Source: a bacterium
GTDB lineage: Bacteria; Patescibacteriota; Minisyncoccia; Phycocordibacterales; PALSA-1337
Assembly (NCBI GenBank): GCA_030648705.1
Contig: JAUSHF010000048.1
Location: 1 to 27,795, forward strand
Direction: 5' to 3'
Length of the DNA stretch: 27,795 nucleotides
The position numbers were made by a program, and so were the translations under genes. This document shows positions 8,304 to 16,481 of the stretch, piece by piece; positions within the stretch are counted from its first letter, which is position 1, and every line of letters begins with the position of its first letter. The notes under the pieces are model-generated. The model worked only from the letters and a program-made list of their open reading frames with translations. It did no database searches and was not told where the DNA came from.

Positions 8304-9002
8304 ATGAGAAAAGCATGGAATAGAGGTTTAAATAAAAATAATAATCTGTCTGTGAGAAAGATATCAGACACTATGAAGAAAAGAAAAGTCGACAATTTTT
8401 CTAATTGGAGAGAGAAAATGCGTAAAACTGGAAAGATTAAGTCGAATTATCCTGATTTCGTAAAGGATGGAGATTTAGCAGAATTTATTGGTGTTATTCT
8501 TGGGGATGGACATATCTGTAAATTTCCACGTACGGAGTCTCTTTCTCTATTCTCAAATTCAAACAATTTAGGTTTTGTAAAGAGATATGCTAAAATTTTT
8601 GAAAAAGTTTTCCATAAGAAACCTACAATATCAAAAAGAAGTAAGATGAATTGTATAAAAATCAATATTTATGAGAAAAATATAAGTAAAAGATTAGGTA
8701 TTTACTCTGGAGCTAGAATAAAAAGAAAGATAATAATTCCAGATTGGATTTTGCTAAATGATGACTTCGTAGTAAGATACTTACGAGGTTTATATGAGGC
8801 AGAAGGTTGCTTCTGTGCTCATAAACCGACCGGTACTTACAAACTATTTTTCTCAAATAGGAATATATCAATGTTAAAAAATGTCTTTTCTTTGTTAAAA
8901 AGACTTGGTTTTCATCCACATATACGTTATTGTGATGTACAGCTCTCAAGGAAAGAAGAGGTAAAAAGAGCTATGGAAATCTTAAACTTCAAAAAGTACT
9001 AA
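8304..9002 (+). CDS. Free-standing double-motif LAGLIDADG endonuclease-like protein
   Basis: LAEFIGVILGDG and YLRGLYEAEG motifs; basic N-terminal extension (AWNRGL, NUMOD-like); TGaTATAAT ends 8 nt before ATG. Confidence 0.8.
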   Translation: MRKAWNRGLNKNNNLSVRKISDTMKKRKVDNFSNWREKMRKTGKIKSNYPDFVKDGDLAEFIGVILGDGHICKFPRTESLSLFSNSNNLGFVKRYAKIFEKVFHKKPTISKRSKMNCIKINIYEKNISKRLGIYSGARIKRKIIIPDWILLNDDFVVRYLRGLYEAEGCFCAHKPTGTYKLFFSNRNISMLKNVFSLLKRLGFHPHIRYCDVQLSRKEEVKRAMEILNFKKY

Positions 9003-9004
9003 AT

Positions 9005-9075
9005 TGCGGGATCTGCTAATGGTAGGCAAACAGACTCTGAATCTGTGAATCTTGGTTCGAATCCAAGTCCCGCAG
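9005..9075 (+). tRNA. tRNA-Gln(CUG); CCA not encoded
   Basis: Acceptor TGCGGGA/TCCCGCA, D-arm TGC-TAATGGTAG-GCA, anticodon arm ACAGA-CTCTGAA-TCTGT, T-arm CTTGG-TTCGAAT-CCAAG. Confidence 0.97.
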
Positions 9076-9187
9076 CAATTTCGGATAAGTTCGGATGTAG
9101 TAGACGGAAAGATTGAAATTATAACAAAGGGTGAATATTTAGAATTTAATTAGCAAATTTATAAATTTTATGGGAAAAAGTTTTAGA

Positions 9188-10342
9188 TTATTGAGAAACC
9201 CAAACGTCATTTAGCCATGTCCAATTCGAACCCATACCACCGAATACATATAATTTATCTTTAAATTCTAGGACAGAATGATCTTCTCGGCCGATCCATT
9301 CAGGATTTGTATTTGTTCTTTTCCAATTTTTACCATCCTCTGAATACCATATATCATTTATGCCTCCGTCTTTGTCATCATCAAGTCTTCCTATTATCCA
9401 TAGATTATTTTTGTAACTTACTAGAGCATGACCTTGTCTAGCTGACCACGATGGATTATTAGTTACGAGTTCCCAGTTAATACCATCAGCTGATGACCAA
9501 ACATCTCTAAAAGTCGTACCAGATAAGTTCATACCTCCAACTAGGAATATTTTATCTTTGAAAATTTCTATATCATGATCCCATCTAGGTCCCCATGGAA
9601 CAGTAGTGGTGGCTTTATACCACTTCAAACCATTATCTGAATACCAAATATCATTCTTTGCTTCTCTTTTATCATAATTTACACCCCCCATAAGCCAGAT
9701 TTTATCTTGGAAAACTTCTACTACCTGACCTTCGCGTGCTGGCCATTCGGCAGAGGAGACTACTTTTCTCCAATTTATACCATCTTCTGACTGCCATATA
9801 TCACTCGTATAGCCATATTTAGTACTCCATCCTCCCAGCATCCATAATTTATCATGAAAGAAAACTACAGACATAGATCTTCGCGGTGACCATGAAGCTT
9901 TAGGATTTACTAATTTCCAAGACACACCATCATCACTGTTCCAAATATCATTAAAGTGGGGAGCCTCCCAATACTTTACATAATGTTCACTATTCACATT
10001 TTTATTTCCATTAAGTCCTCCCATTGTCCAGATCTTATCTTTAAAGACAAAGCTGACCGCAGAATCTCTAGCCTTCCATTCTGCAGAAGATGTAGCGAGA
10101 GACCAAGATAAAGCACTGGGTTCAAATTTGGGAACGATATAAATAGTGCTTGTAGCTACAGATGTATTGACAGTATTATTTTGCACTAAGTTTTTATTAT
10201 TTACCTCTATTTTAAGTAACGTAAAATATTCTGAACCGAATTTAACGGCAAAGAAAAGAATTATTAAGACTAGTATAAACTTTATACAAAAAATAAAACC
10301 ATTTTTATCAAACATGGGACTTTCATGATTCTCATCGTTCAT
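9188..10342 (-). CDS. Membrane-anchored Kelch-like beta-propeller protein
   Basis: One N-terminal TM helix, then about six ~50-aa repeats W-x-x-R...F-x-D-K-x-W-x-x-G-G...D-I-W-x-S-x-D-G. Confidence 0.8.
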   Translation of the reverse strand: MNDENHESPMFDKNGFIFCIKFILVLIILFFAVKFGSEYFTLLKIEVNNKNLVQNNTVNTSVATSTIYIVPKFEPSALSWSLATSSAEWKARDSAVSFVFKDKIWTMGGLNGNKNVNSEHYVKYWEAPHFNDIWNSDDGVSWKLVNPKASWSPRRSMSVVFFHDKLWMLGGWSTKYGYTSDIWQSEDGINWRKVVSSAEWPAREGQVVEVFQDKIWLMGGVNYDKREAKNDIWYSDNGLKWYKATTTVPWGPRWDHDIEIFKDKIFLVGGMNLSGTTFRDVWSSADGINWELVTNNPSWSARQGHALVSYKNNLWIIGRLDDDKDGGINDIWYSEDGKNWKRTNTNPEWIGREDHSVLEFKDKLYVFGGMGSNWTWLNDVWVSQ

Positions 10343-10429
10343 ATTACTGTATATATTAACACAATAGATAATAAAAATATAAATTAAGAAGTGGTATAAT
10401 TATCTTCCACCATTTATTTTTTAATTCGT

Positions 10430-11029
10430 ATGATAAGACACATAAAGATTTATGATCGTACAGTAGAATACGATTTAAAAATTAGTAATAAAGCTCGCCG
10501 AATGAGAATTTCGATTTCGAGAAACGGTGAGCTTTCTGCTGTGATACCTAGATTCATGAATTCGGCCAGAGCGGAGAAATTTATAATAGAAAAAGGGGAG
10601 TGGATTCTGCGGAAGATGAATTATTTTAAATCGCTCGCACCTGTATTAGAAGTGCCTGTACTAAAGAACACGAAAGTAAATTTAAAAAAATATAAAAAAG
10701 AAGCAGAAATATTCGCGCAGAAAAAAGTCGAGGAATTTAATAAATTTTATAATTTTAAATATGCAAAAATTACTATACGAAATCAAAAAACTCGCTGGGG
10801 TAGCTGTTCGAAAAAAGGGAATTTGAGTTTTAATTACAAAATCGCTGTCATCCCAGAAAATATGGTAGATTATATTATCGTTCACGAAATATGTCACCTT
10901 GGAGAATTTAATCATTCACAAAGATTCTGGAATTTAGTCGCAAAGACTATTCCAGATTATAAGGCTATAAGGAAGGAATTAAAGCGATTGACTTTCAATA
11001 CCCCCACGGGGTATAATAGGGACATATGA
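10430..11029 (+). CDS. YgjP/DUF45 (M48/SprT-like) zinc-motif protein
   Basis: IRNQKTRWGSCS, DYIIVHEICHLGEFNHSQRFW. Confidence 0.9.
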   Translation: MIRHIKIYDRTVEYDLKISNKARRMRISISRNGELSAVIPRFMNSARAEKFIIEKGEWILRKMNYFKSLAPVLEVPVLKNTKVNLKKYKKEAEIFAQKKVEEFNKFYNFKYAKITIRNQKTRWGSCSKKGNLSFNYKIAVIPENMVDYIIVHEICHLGEFNHSQRFWNLVAKTIPDYKAIRKELKRLTFNTPTGYNRDI

Positions 11030-11277
11030 TGTATGGACTATATAGTAACAATTGGGGATATAATATGATGAATGGAACCATCGGTGGTATCATGATGATT
11101 TTCTTCTGGATCCTATTAGTAATATTTATTGTTTGGGTTGTTAAAGAAATATCTGGTAAAAACTCTCATACAAACTCTGCTTCAAATTCACGAGCAATAG
11201 ATATTTTGAAGGAGCGTTATGCTAAGGGTGAGATTGATAAACAGGAATTTGAGGCAAAGAAAAAAGATTTAAGTTAA
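11026..11277 (+). CDS. SHOCT-domain small membrane protein
   Basis: MMxG repeats, one TM helix, AIDILKERYAKGEIDKQEFE; ATGA overlap with the upstream gene. Confidence 0.9.
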   Translation: MMYGLYSNNWGYNMMNGTIGGIMMIFFWILLVIFIVWVVKEISGKNSHTNSASNSRAIDILKERYAKGEIDKQEFEAKKKDLS

Positions 11278-11279
11278 AA

Positions 11280-11687
11280 ATGAGATTATCACTAAAAAAA
11301 ATAATAAGCGGATTAATTTTCTTATCTTTTTCTGGAGTTATATTTTTTAGTTTTGCATTAATGCTTCATGCGCCAGAGGGAAGTTCGTCTGGAGATTGTC
11401 CTCTTTTACCTTTTAGTGAGTCTTTTTGCCCCAAAGATACTCTAGCTTTAGCTGTACACCATATTTCTGCATATCATACATTTCTAGGTATTTCTGTAGG
11501 TTTAAGTATTTTGGCTTTAATCTTCCTTCTTCTATATAGTATTAGTTTTGTAATTTTAATAAATTCACGAAATTTTAATTCGTCCTTACGTGCGAGAATA
11601 TTCTTCGACGATCCGCCTTTTATTTTTAATATAAAAAAGTTAATTCGCTGGTTATCTCTACTAGAGAATAGTCCCTCTTATAATTAA
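11280..11687 (+). CDS. Hypothetical membrane protein with a Cys/His-containing loop
   Basis: Two hydrophobic segments flanking MLH...DCPLLPFSESFCP...HHISAYH. Confidence 0.7.
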   Translation: MRLSLKKIISGLIFLSFSGVIFFSFALMLHAPEGSSSGDCPLLPFSESFCPKDTLALAVHHISAYHTFLGISVGLSILALIFLLLYSISFVILINSRNFNSSLRARIFFDDPPFIFNIKKLIRWLSLLENSPSYN

Positions 11688-11724
11688 AAGTTTTTTTACT
11701 AACTTTCAATTTATAGAATTAATT

Positions 11725-12255
11725 ATGAAATCAAATATTGTCATTGTCTGTCTCGTGTTTTTCGTTATCGCAGGTCTATTTGTTTGGGGGTATTCAAATA
11801 ATCGTAATGCTGTGGCGGGAAATCCTTTAGCTTCTCTTCAGGGGGCGAAAAGTTCAAATTCATCAAATAGTCTTCTTTCCACCCCGCTTACATTTTATGA
11901 TTTCGGAATGATATCCATGAAGAATGGTGATGTTATTAAAGAATTCAATGTAACAAATCCTACTGATAAAGACATTATGATAAAAACTTTAGTCACATCA
12001 TGTATGTGTACAAATGCATTTATTGTTAGACCAAACGGAGATATTGAGGGTCCTTTCGGTATGCCTGGACACGGTGGCCCTGTTCCTCCAGCAAATGAAG
12101 TTATTAAGGCACGTGAAAGTCGTATTATTCGCGTAGTTTATAATCCTAATGCTCACGGGCCAGCTGGTGTCGGAAAAATAGATAGATTCATAACTCTTAC
12201 AGATAATCTGGGAGGCACCCTTCAATTAGAAATAAAAGCGAATGTAACACCATAA
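11725..12255 (+). CDS. Exported DUF1573-like (Ig-fold) protein
   Basis: N-terminal anchor; YDFGMISM...FNVTN...TSCMCT; GMPGHGG; VVYNPNAHGPAG. Confidence 0.75.
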   Translation: MKSNIVIVCLVFFVIAGLFVWGYSNNRNAVAGNPLASLQGAKSSNSSNSLLSTPLTFYDFGMISMKNGDVIKEFNVTNPTDKDIMIKTLVTSCMCTNAFIVRPNGDIEGPFGMPGHGGPVPPANEVIKARESRIIRVVYNPNAHGPAGVGKIDRFITLTDNLGGTLQLEIKANVTP

Positions 12256-12259
12256 ATCT

Positions 12260-13039
12260 ATGAAGAAAACAATTATTACACTTTGTGTAGTGTTAACTTT
12301 CATCTTTGCTGTCGTAGCTCTGAAATATTTACCCGGTACATCAGAACTTCTGTGGAGTATATCGAAAGGTGGAGTTTGGCTATTACCAATAGTTATATTT
12401 TCCGCACTACTGGATAGTGTTCATCCTTGTTCGTTCTCCATTCTATTAATCACTATCGTTTTTCTTTTTGGTTTGCAAATGACTAGAAAGAAAATTCTGC
12501 AAATCGGTGGTCTATATATCGCTGGAATATTTATCGCTTACTTTACTATAGGTATCGGTATTCTAAAAATAATTCATATATTCAATGTCCCACACTTTAT
12601 GGGGAAACTCGGAGCAGGACTTCTCATAGCCTTCGGTTTACTTAATCTACTTAATGCCATTTTTCCCAGATTTCCGATAAAGTTAAAAATTCCTAATATA
12701 GCTCATAGGGCAATAGGTAAACTTATAGATAAAGTATCTCTTCCTGCCGCTTTTGCACTCGGCCTATTAGTCGGTCTTTGTCAATTCCCATGTATGGGTG
12801 GTCCATACCTTATGGTCATAGGTCTCCTTCATGACAACACTACCTACTTCAAAGGTTTCGGGTATCTATTGTTCTATAACTTCATATTAATAACACCTCT
12901 GGTCTTAACACTATCAGTAGCAGCTAATCCTGCTCTCATAGACAAGGTACAAAAATGGAAGCAAACACAGTTAAAAGATGTACATCTTTGGGGTGGTATA
13001 GCAATGATTATTATCGGTATTCTAGTATTATTTATCTAA
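12260..13039 (+). CDS. CcdA/DsbD-TM-like membrane thiol-transfer protein
   Basis: DSVHPCSFS in the first TM region and LCQFPCMGGPY later; multi-TM. Confidence 0.8.
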   Translation: MKKTIITLCVVLTFIFAVVALKYLPGTSELLWSISKGGVWLLPIVIFSALLDSVHPCSFSILLITIVFLFGLQMTRKKILQIGGLYIAGIFIAYFTIGIGILKIIHIFNVPHFMGKLGAGLLIAFGLLNLLNAIFPRFPIKLKIPNIAHRAIGKLIDKVSLPAAFALGLLVGLCQFPCMGGPYLMVIGLLHDNTTYFKGFGYLLFYNFILITPLVLTLSVAANPALIDKVQKWKQTQLKDVHLWGGIAMIIIGILVLFI

Positions 13040-13050
13040 TTTTCGTCCAT

Positions 13051-13557
13051 ATGAAATTATTAAATTCAAAAGATATTCCTTCATTCGAAAAATTTATCTC
13101 GAAAATAGAATTAGCTAAGAAAAATGGTAGCGTAGATTTATCCACTTCTGAAGATCTGAGCTTGGCGGTTATGAATCTTATTAGTTTAGAAGAGCATTTC
13201 TTTTTTACTGCAATGAAGACAGATAAGGAAGAGTATATAGATACTTCAGCGGAGATAAGGAATATGCGCAAAGAATTATTAGCTGAACTTATGCCGAATC
13301 ATGAGGGTGAGACATGGTGTGCTTCTAAGCATTTGCTCTCCACCACCATGAGGCTTATTGAAGTCGGTAATAAACTTCATTCTGAGAATAAAAGAACGGA
13401 CTCTTTAAAAATGTTTAAGAGAGCATATGAAGTCTATTCAATATTCTGGGCGCTTAAACTTAAACTTATAAACATTGAGAAATTAACAAAAATATCTAAA
13501 GATAGTAATCGGCTAGAAGATTTGGTAACCAAATTAGCTGATTGCTGTAATGAATAA
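13051..13557 (+). CDS. Hypothetical helical cytoplasmic protein with Glu/His/Cys motifs
   Basis: Start set at ATG 13051 to remove the overlap with the CcdA-like gene; LEEHFF, ETWCASKH, C-terminal DCCNE. Confidence 0.75.
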   Translation: MKLLNSKDIPSFEKFISKIELAKKNGSVDLSTSEDLSLAVMNLISLEEHFFFTAMKTDKEEYIDTSAEIRNMRKELLAELMPNHEGETWCASKHLLSTTMRLIEVGNKLHSENKRTDSLKMFKRAYEVYSIFWALKLKLINIEKLTKISKDSNRLEDLVTKLADCCNE

Positions 13558-13566
13558 TAAAAATAT

Positions 13567-14496
13567 ATGGAAGAAAATATAGAAAAAAACATTGCTCCTA
13601 AGAATAAAAATATGTTGGCGTTAGCTGTGTGTTGTGCTGGAATTATTGTGGCTGTTGCAATTCTTTTTAAAGATTGGGATAGGACTGATAAAGTTCAAAT
13701 AAAAAATAATCAAGTTACAAAGTCTGAAAACTACTCAGCTATTCTGGACAAGGAGGTATTACCTAGCGAGGGAGTGGAACTACCTGTGGTTTGGAGTGAT
13801 CTCGGCGCGAGACTTGTGAGTGTGGGAGTCGTAGACGATAAAAGATTAAAAGCTATATATGAGGAGAGAGGTACATTTACGGCTGAATATCAGAATCTTT
13901 TAACTGGTGCAAATAATGGTAAATTGAAAATAGACGAGAGTAATTCGGGATATATATTAAATTTATTATGGGCTCTAGGTTTGGCAAATAGTAACTCTGT
14001 ATTAGATGAAGGAGAAATGGCAGATCCTAAGTATGGTGGTGCTGGAAGATTTGCATCCACAGGAGGTTGGACATTATCGAAAGATAATCCCATGGATCAT
14101 TATAGTAAACATAAATTCTTTAAATTAACATCAGAACAGCAGGCATTGGTAGATAAAGTGTCACGAGGAGTATATCGTCCATGTTGTAATAACTCTACTC
14201 ATTTTCCTGATTGTAATCATGGTATGGCCATGCTTGGACTTTTAGAATTAATGGCTTCTCAAAATGCCAGCGAAAAAGATATGTGGAAGACGGCTTTAAT
14301 AGTTAATTCTTATTGGTTCCCAAATACGTATTTAACTATTGCAAAATATATGAAAGAAAAGGGTATAGATTGGAGAGATGTGGATCCACAGGAAGTATTA
14401 GGCTTTGAGTATTCTAGTGCTTCAGGATCTTCACGCATAACTAGTCAGATAGAAGATCCTGAACAAAAAGGTGGTGGAGGTGGATGTAGCGTTTAA
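13567..14496 (+). CDS. Hypothetical membrane-anchored Cys/His-motif protein
   Basis: N-terminal TM; YRPCCNNSTHFPDCNHGMA; C-terminus GGGGGCSV. Confidence 0.8.
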   Translation: MEENIEKNIAPKNKNMLALAVCCAGIIVAVAILFKDWDRTDKVQIKNNQVTKSENYSAILDKEVLPSEGVELPVVWSDLGARLVSVGVVDDKRLKAIYEERGTFTAEYQNLLTGANNGKLKIDESNSGYILNLLWALGLANSNSVLDEGEMADPKYGGAGRFASTGGWTLSKDNPMDHYSKHKFFKLTSEQQALVDKVSRGVYRPCCNNSTHFPDCNHGMAMLGLLELMASQNASEKDMWKTALIVNSYWFPNTYLTIAKYMKEKGIDWRDVDPQEVLGFEYSSASGSSRITSQIEDPEQKGGGGGCSV

Positions 14497-14918
14497 ACTT
14501 TTTTTCTAGTGTTTTTTATAATTAAAGAAATTATAAAAATAAATAAGAAGGATAAGAAAGATAGAAATGGTATGGTTATAAATCCTAGAAGTTCTATATA
14601 TTTAGTAGTACAGGAAATACCAACAATACAAGGACCAGATGATTCAGGAAGAATTTCGAAATATAGAAGATTGTGATAAAAAGAAATTAGTAGACCAATA
14701 AAGCTCATCGGTAGCACAAATCTATAAATTTTCTCTTCTTTATAAATCATCCCGACAATGGCAATGATAACTAGTGGATACATAAAGACTCTTTGATACC
14801 AGCACAGTAGGCAGGGAGGCAGACCCAATATTTCACTGAAATATAGACTTCCGAGTATTGATACCCCTGAAATCGCTAAAATAATCTTAGCATAATTTTT
14901 CTTTAAAAAATCTGACAT
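14493..14918 (-). CDS. dsbB: Disulfide bond formation protein B (DsbB/BdbC)
   Basis: PPCLLCWYQRVFMYP and GPCIVGISC. Its stop codon overlaps that of the convergent gene (shared TTAA). Confidence 0.92.
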   Translation of the reverse strand: MSDFLKKNYAKIILAISGVSILGSLYFSEILGLPPCLLCWYQRVFMYPLVIIAIVGMIYKEEKIYRFVLPMSFIGLLISFYHNLLYFEILPESSGPCIVGISCTTKYIELLGFITIPFLSFLSFLFIFIISLIIKNTRKKV

Positions 14919-14940
14919 AAGATAATTTTACCATAAAATT

Positions 14941-15139
14941 AAATAAAAAATCGGCAGTCGACGGTTTGAATCCCGTAAACTGCCGATCACTCCTTGATGG
15001 TTCCCTCTCAATCAATACAAGGCTTCAAATGAAACCGGAAAAGATGCCGAATCGATTCCCGTGCCTTCAAGTGCGTGTCTTTCTCGCTCTTTGCAGAGAA
15101 GCCTTTTTATAAATGGAGTTTAAACCAGGCGTTAATGCC
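14941..15139 (-). ncRNA. Candidate ~200-nt structured RNA of unknown family
   Basis: About 47% GC over 14951-15110 by hand count; TGaTATTAT at 15155-15147; 5' hairpin GGC-AUUAAC-GCC; 8-bp helix 15019-15026/15098-15105; GCAA tetraloop; terminal 9-bp stem plus U tract. Confidence 0.55.
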
Positions 15140-15177
15140 ACTATAGATAATATCAGATTAAATAGAATAACGTATCA

Positions 15178-15206
15178 TTGACAAAATAGCCTTTTTAATA
15201 TAATAT
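15178..15206 (+). promoter_or_regulatory. Sigma70 promoter of the DEAD-box helicase gene
   Basis: TTGACA (15178-15183), 17 nt, TAATAT (15201-15206); overlapping TATAAT at 15199. Confidence 0.7.
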
Positions 15207-15218
15207 GCTAAGTAAGTT

Positions 15219-16448
15219 ATGGATAAAAAACAGTATAAAGGAAGAGGCTTCGATAGGCCTTTTAAAAGACCTTTCGGTGGTGCTCCAAAGTTTAAAAGAT
15301 TTGGTGGATCAGGAAGAGGTGGAAGCAGAAATAACAGATTTTCTCAAAGAATTGACCCATCAAGATTTATAAATAAAGCGGTTATTACTGAAGAAATTGA
15401 AAATTTTAAGCCTGAACATTTGTTCAAGGATTTTCTCATAGATGAATCTCTTAAAAATGCAGTTGTAAAGAAAGGATATACTCTACCTACTCCTATACAG
15501 GACAGAGCCATTCCTCATGTACTTAGTGGTGCTGACGTCTTTGGCGTAGCTAATACTGGTACTGGAAAGACAGCAGCATTCTTAATCCCTCTCATAAACA
15601 AGGTTCTCTTAAACAGAAGAGAACAAATTCTAATCATAGTTCCAACTCGCGAGCTAGCTATTCAAATAGATAGTGAATTAAAAGGATTCACTCTCGGAAT
15701 GAAAATATTCTCAGTGTGCTGTGTCGGTGGAGCAAGTATTAGAAATCAGATTTCTGAATTAAAATACAGAAATGAATTTATTATAGGTACTCCCGGAAGA
15801 CTTAAAGACCTCATAGATAGAAAAATGATAAGACTTTCTGAATATAACACTTTAGTATTAGATGAGGCAGATCGAATGCTTGATATGGGATTCGTCGATG
15901 ATATGCGTGCTATTATGCAGGGAATGTCTAAGAGTAGACAGACTTTATTCTTCTCAGCTACAGTTTCCAATGATATTGAAAGTTTGATCGGCGAATTCCT
16001 TCGCCAACCTGTTCGTATATCAGTTAAGACTAGAGATACTGCTAAGAATGTGGATCAGGATGTGGTCAGAGTTGGAAATGGAAAAATAAAAATCGATGTT
16101 CTTCATGATCTTTTAAATCAAAAAGAATTTAGTAAGGTGCTGATATTCGGTCAAACTAAACACGGTGTAGAAAGACTTTCTAAAATGTTAATTCAAAAAG
16201 GTTTCAAAGCCGAATCTATTCACGGTGATAAGAATCATTCAAAGAGACAGCAAGCTTTAAAGCTTTTTAAAGATAATCATGTTCAAATATTAGTGGCTAC
16301 AGACGTAGCAGCTAGAGGACTAGATATTGCGGATGTAAGTCATGTGATCAACTATGATTTACCTGCTACTTATGACGATTATGTGCATCGTATTGGCAGA
16401 ACTGGAAGAGGCAATAAAAAGGGAAAGGCTCTTACTTTCCTCGGTTAA
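15219..16448 (+). CDS. DEAD-box RNA helicase
   Basis: Q motif PTPIQ, TGTGKT, PTRELA, TPGR, DEAD, SAT, ATDVAARGLD, HRIGRTGR; Gly/Arg-rich N-terminus. Confidence 0.98.
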   Translation: MDKKQYKGRGFDRPFKRPFGGAPKFKRFGGSGRGGSRNNRFSQRIDPSRFINKAVITEEIENFKPEHLFKDFLIDESLKNAVVKKGYTLPTPIQDRAIPHVLSGADVFGVANTGTGKTAAFLIPLINKVLLNRREQILIIVPTRELAIQIDSELKGFTLGMKIFSVCCVGGASIRNQISELKYRNEFIIGTPGRLKDLIDRKMIRLSEYNTLVLDEADRMLDMGFVDDMRAIMQGMSKSRQTLFFSATVSNDIESLIGEFLRQPVRISVKTRDTAKNVDQDVVRVGNGKIKIDVLHDLLNQKEFSKVLIFGQTKHGVERLSKMLIQKGFKAESIHGDKNHSKRQQALKLFKDNHVQILVATDVAARGLDIADVSHVINYDLPATYDDYVHRIGRTGRGNKKGKALTFLG

Positions 16449-16481
16449 TTTGGTATAATATAGGGCACGTCAAATAATTTT

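Noticed and set aside
8261-9075. Group I intron in a tRNA carrying the LAGLIDADG ORF
   Set aside because: The downstream tRNA is complete and uninterrupted, the upstream fragment has no acceptor-stem strand, and there is no room for an intron core around the ORF.
9082-9153. Short frame RISSDVVDGKIEIITKGEYLEFN* after the tRNA, as an att-junction gene remnant
   Set aside because: Only 23 codons, no start, no recognisable motif, and no duplicated tRNA 3' end or integrase in the window.
12260-13039. Cytochrome c maturation locus
   Set aside because: No CxxCH substrate, ResA/CcsA or Ccm genes in the window; the CcdA fold alone only implies thiol transfer.
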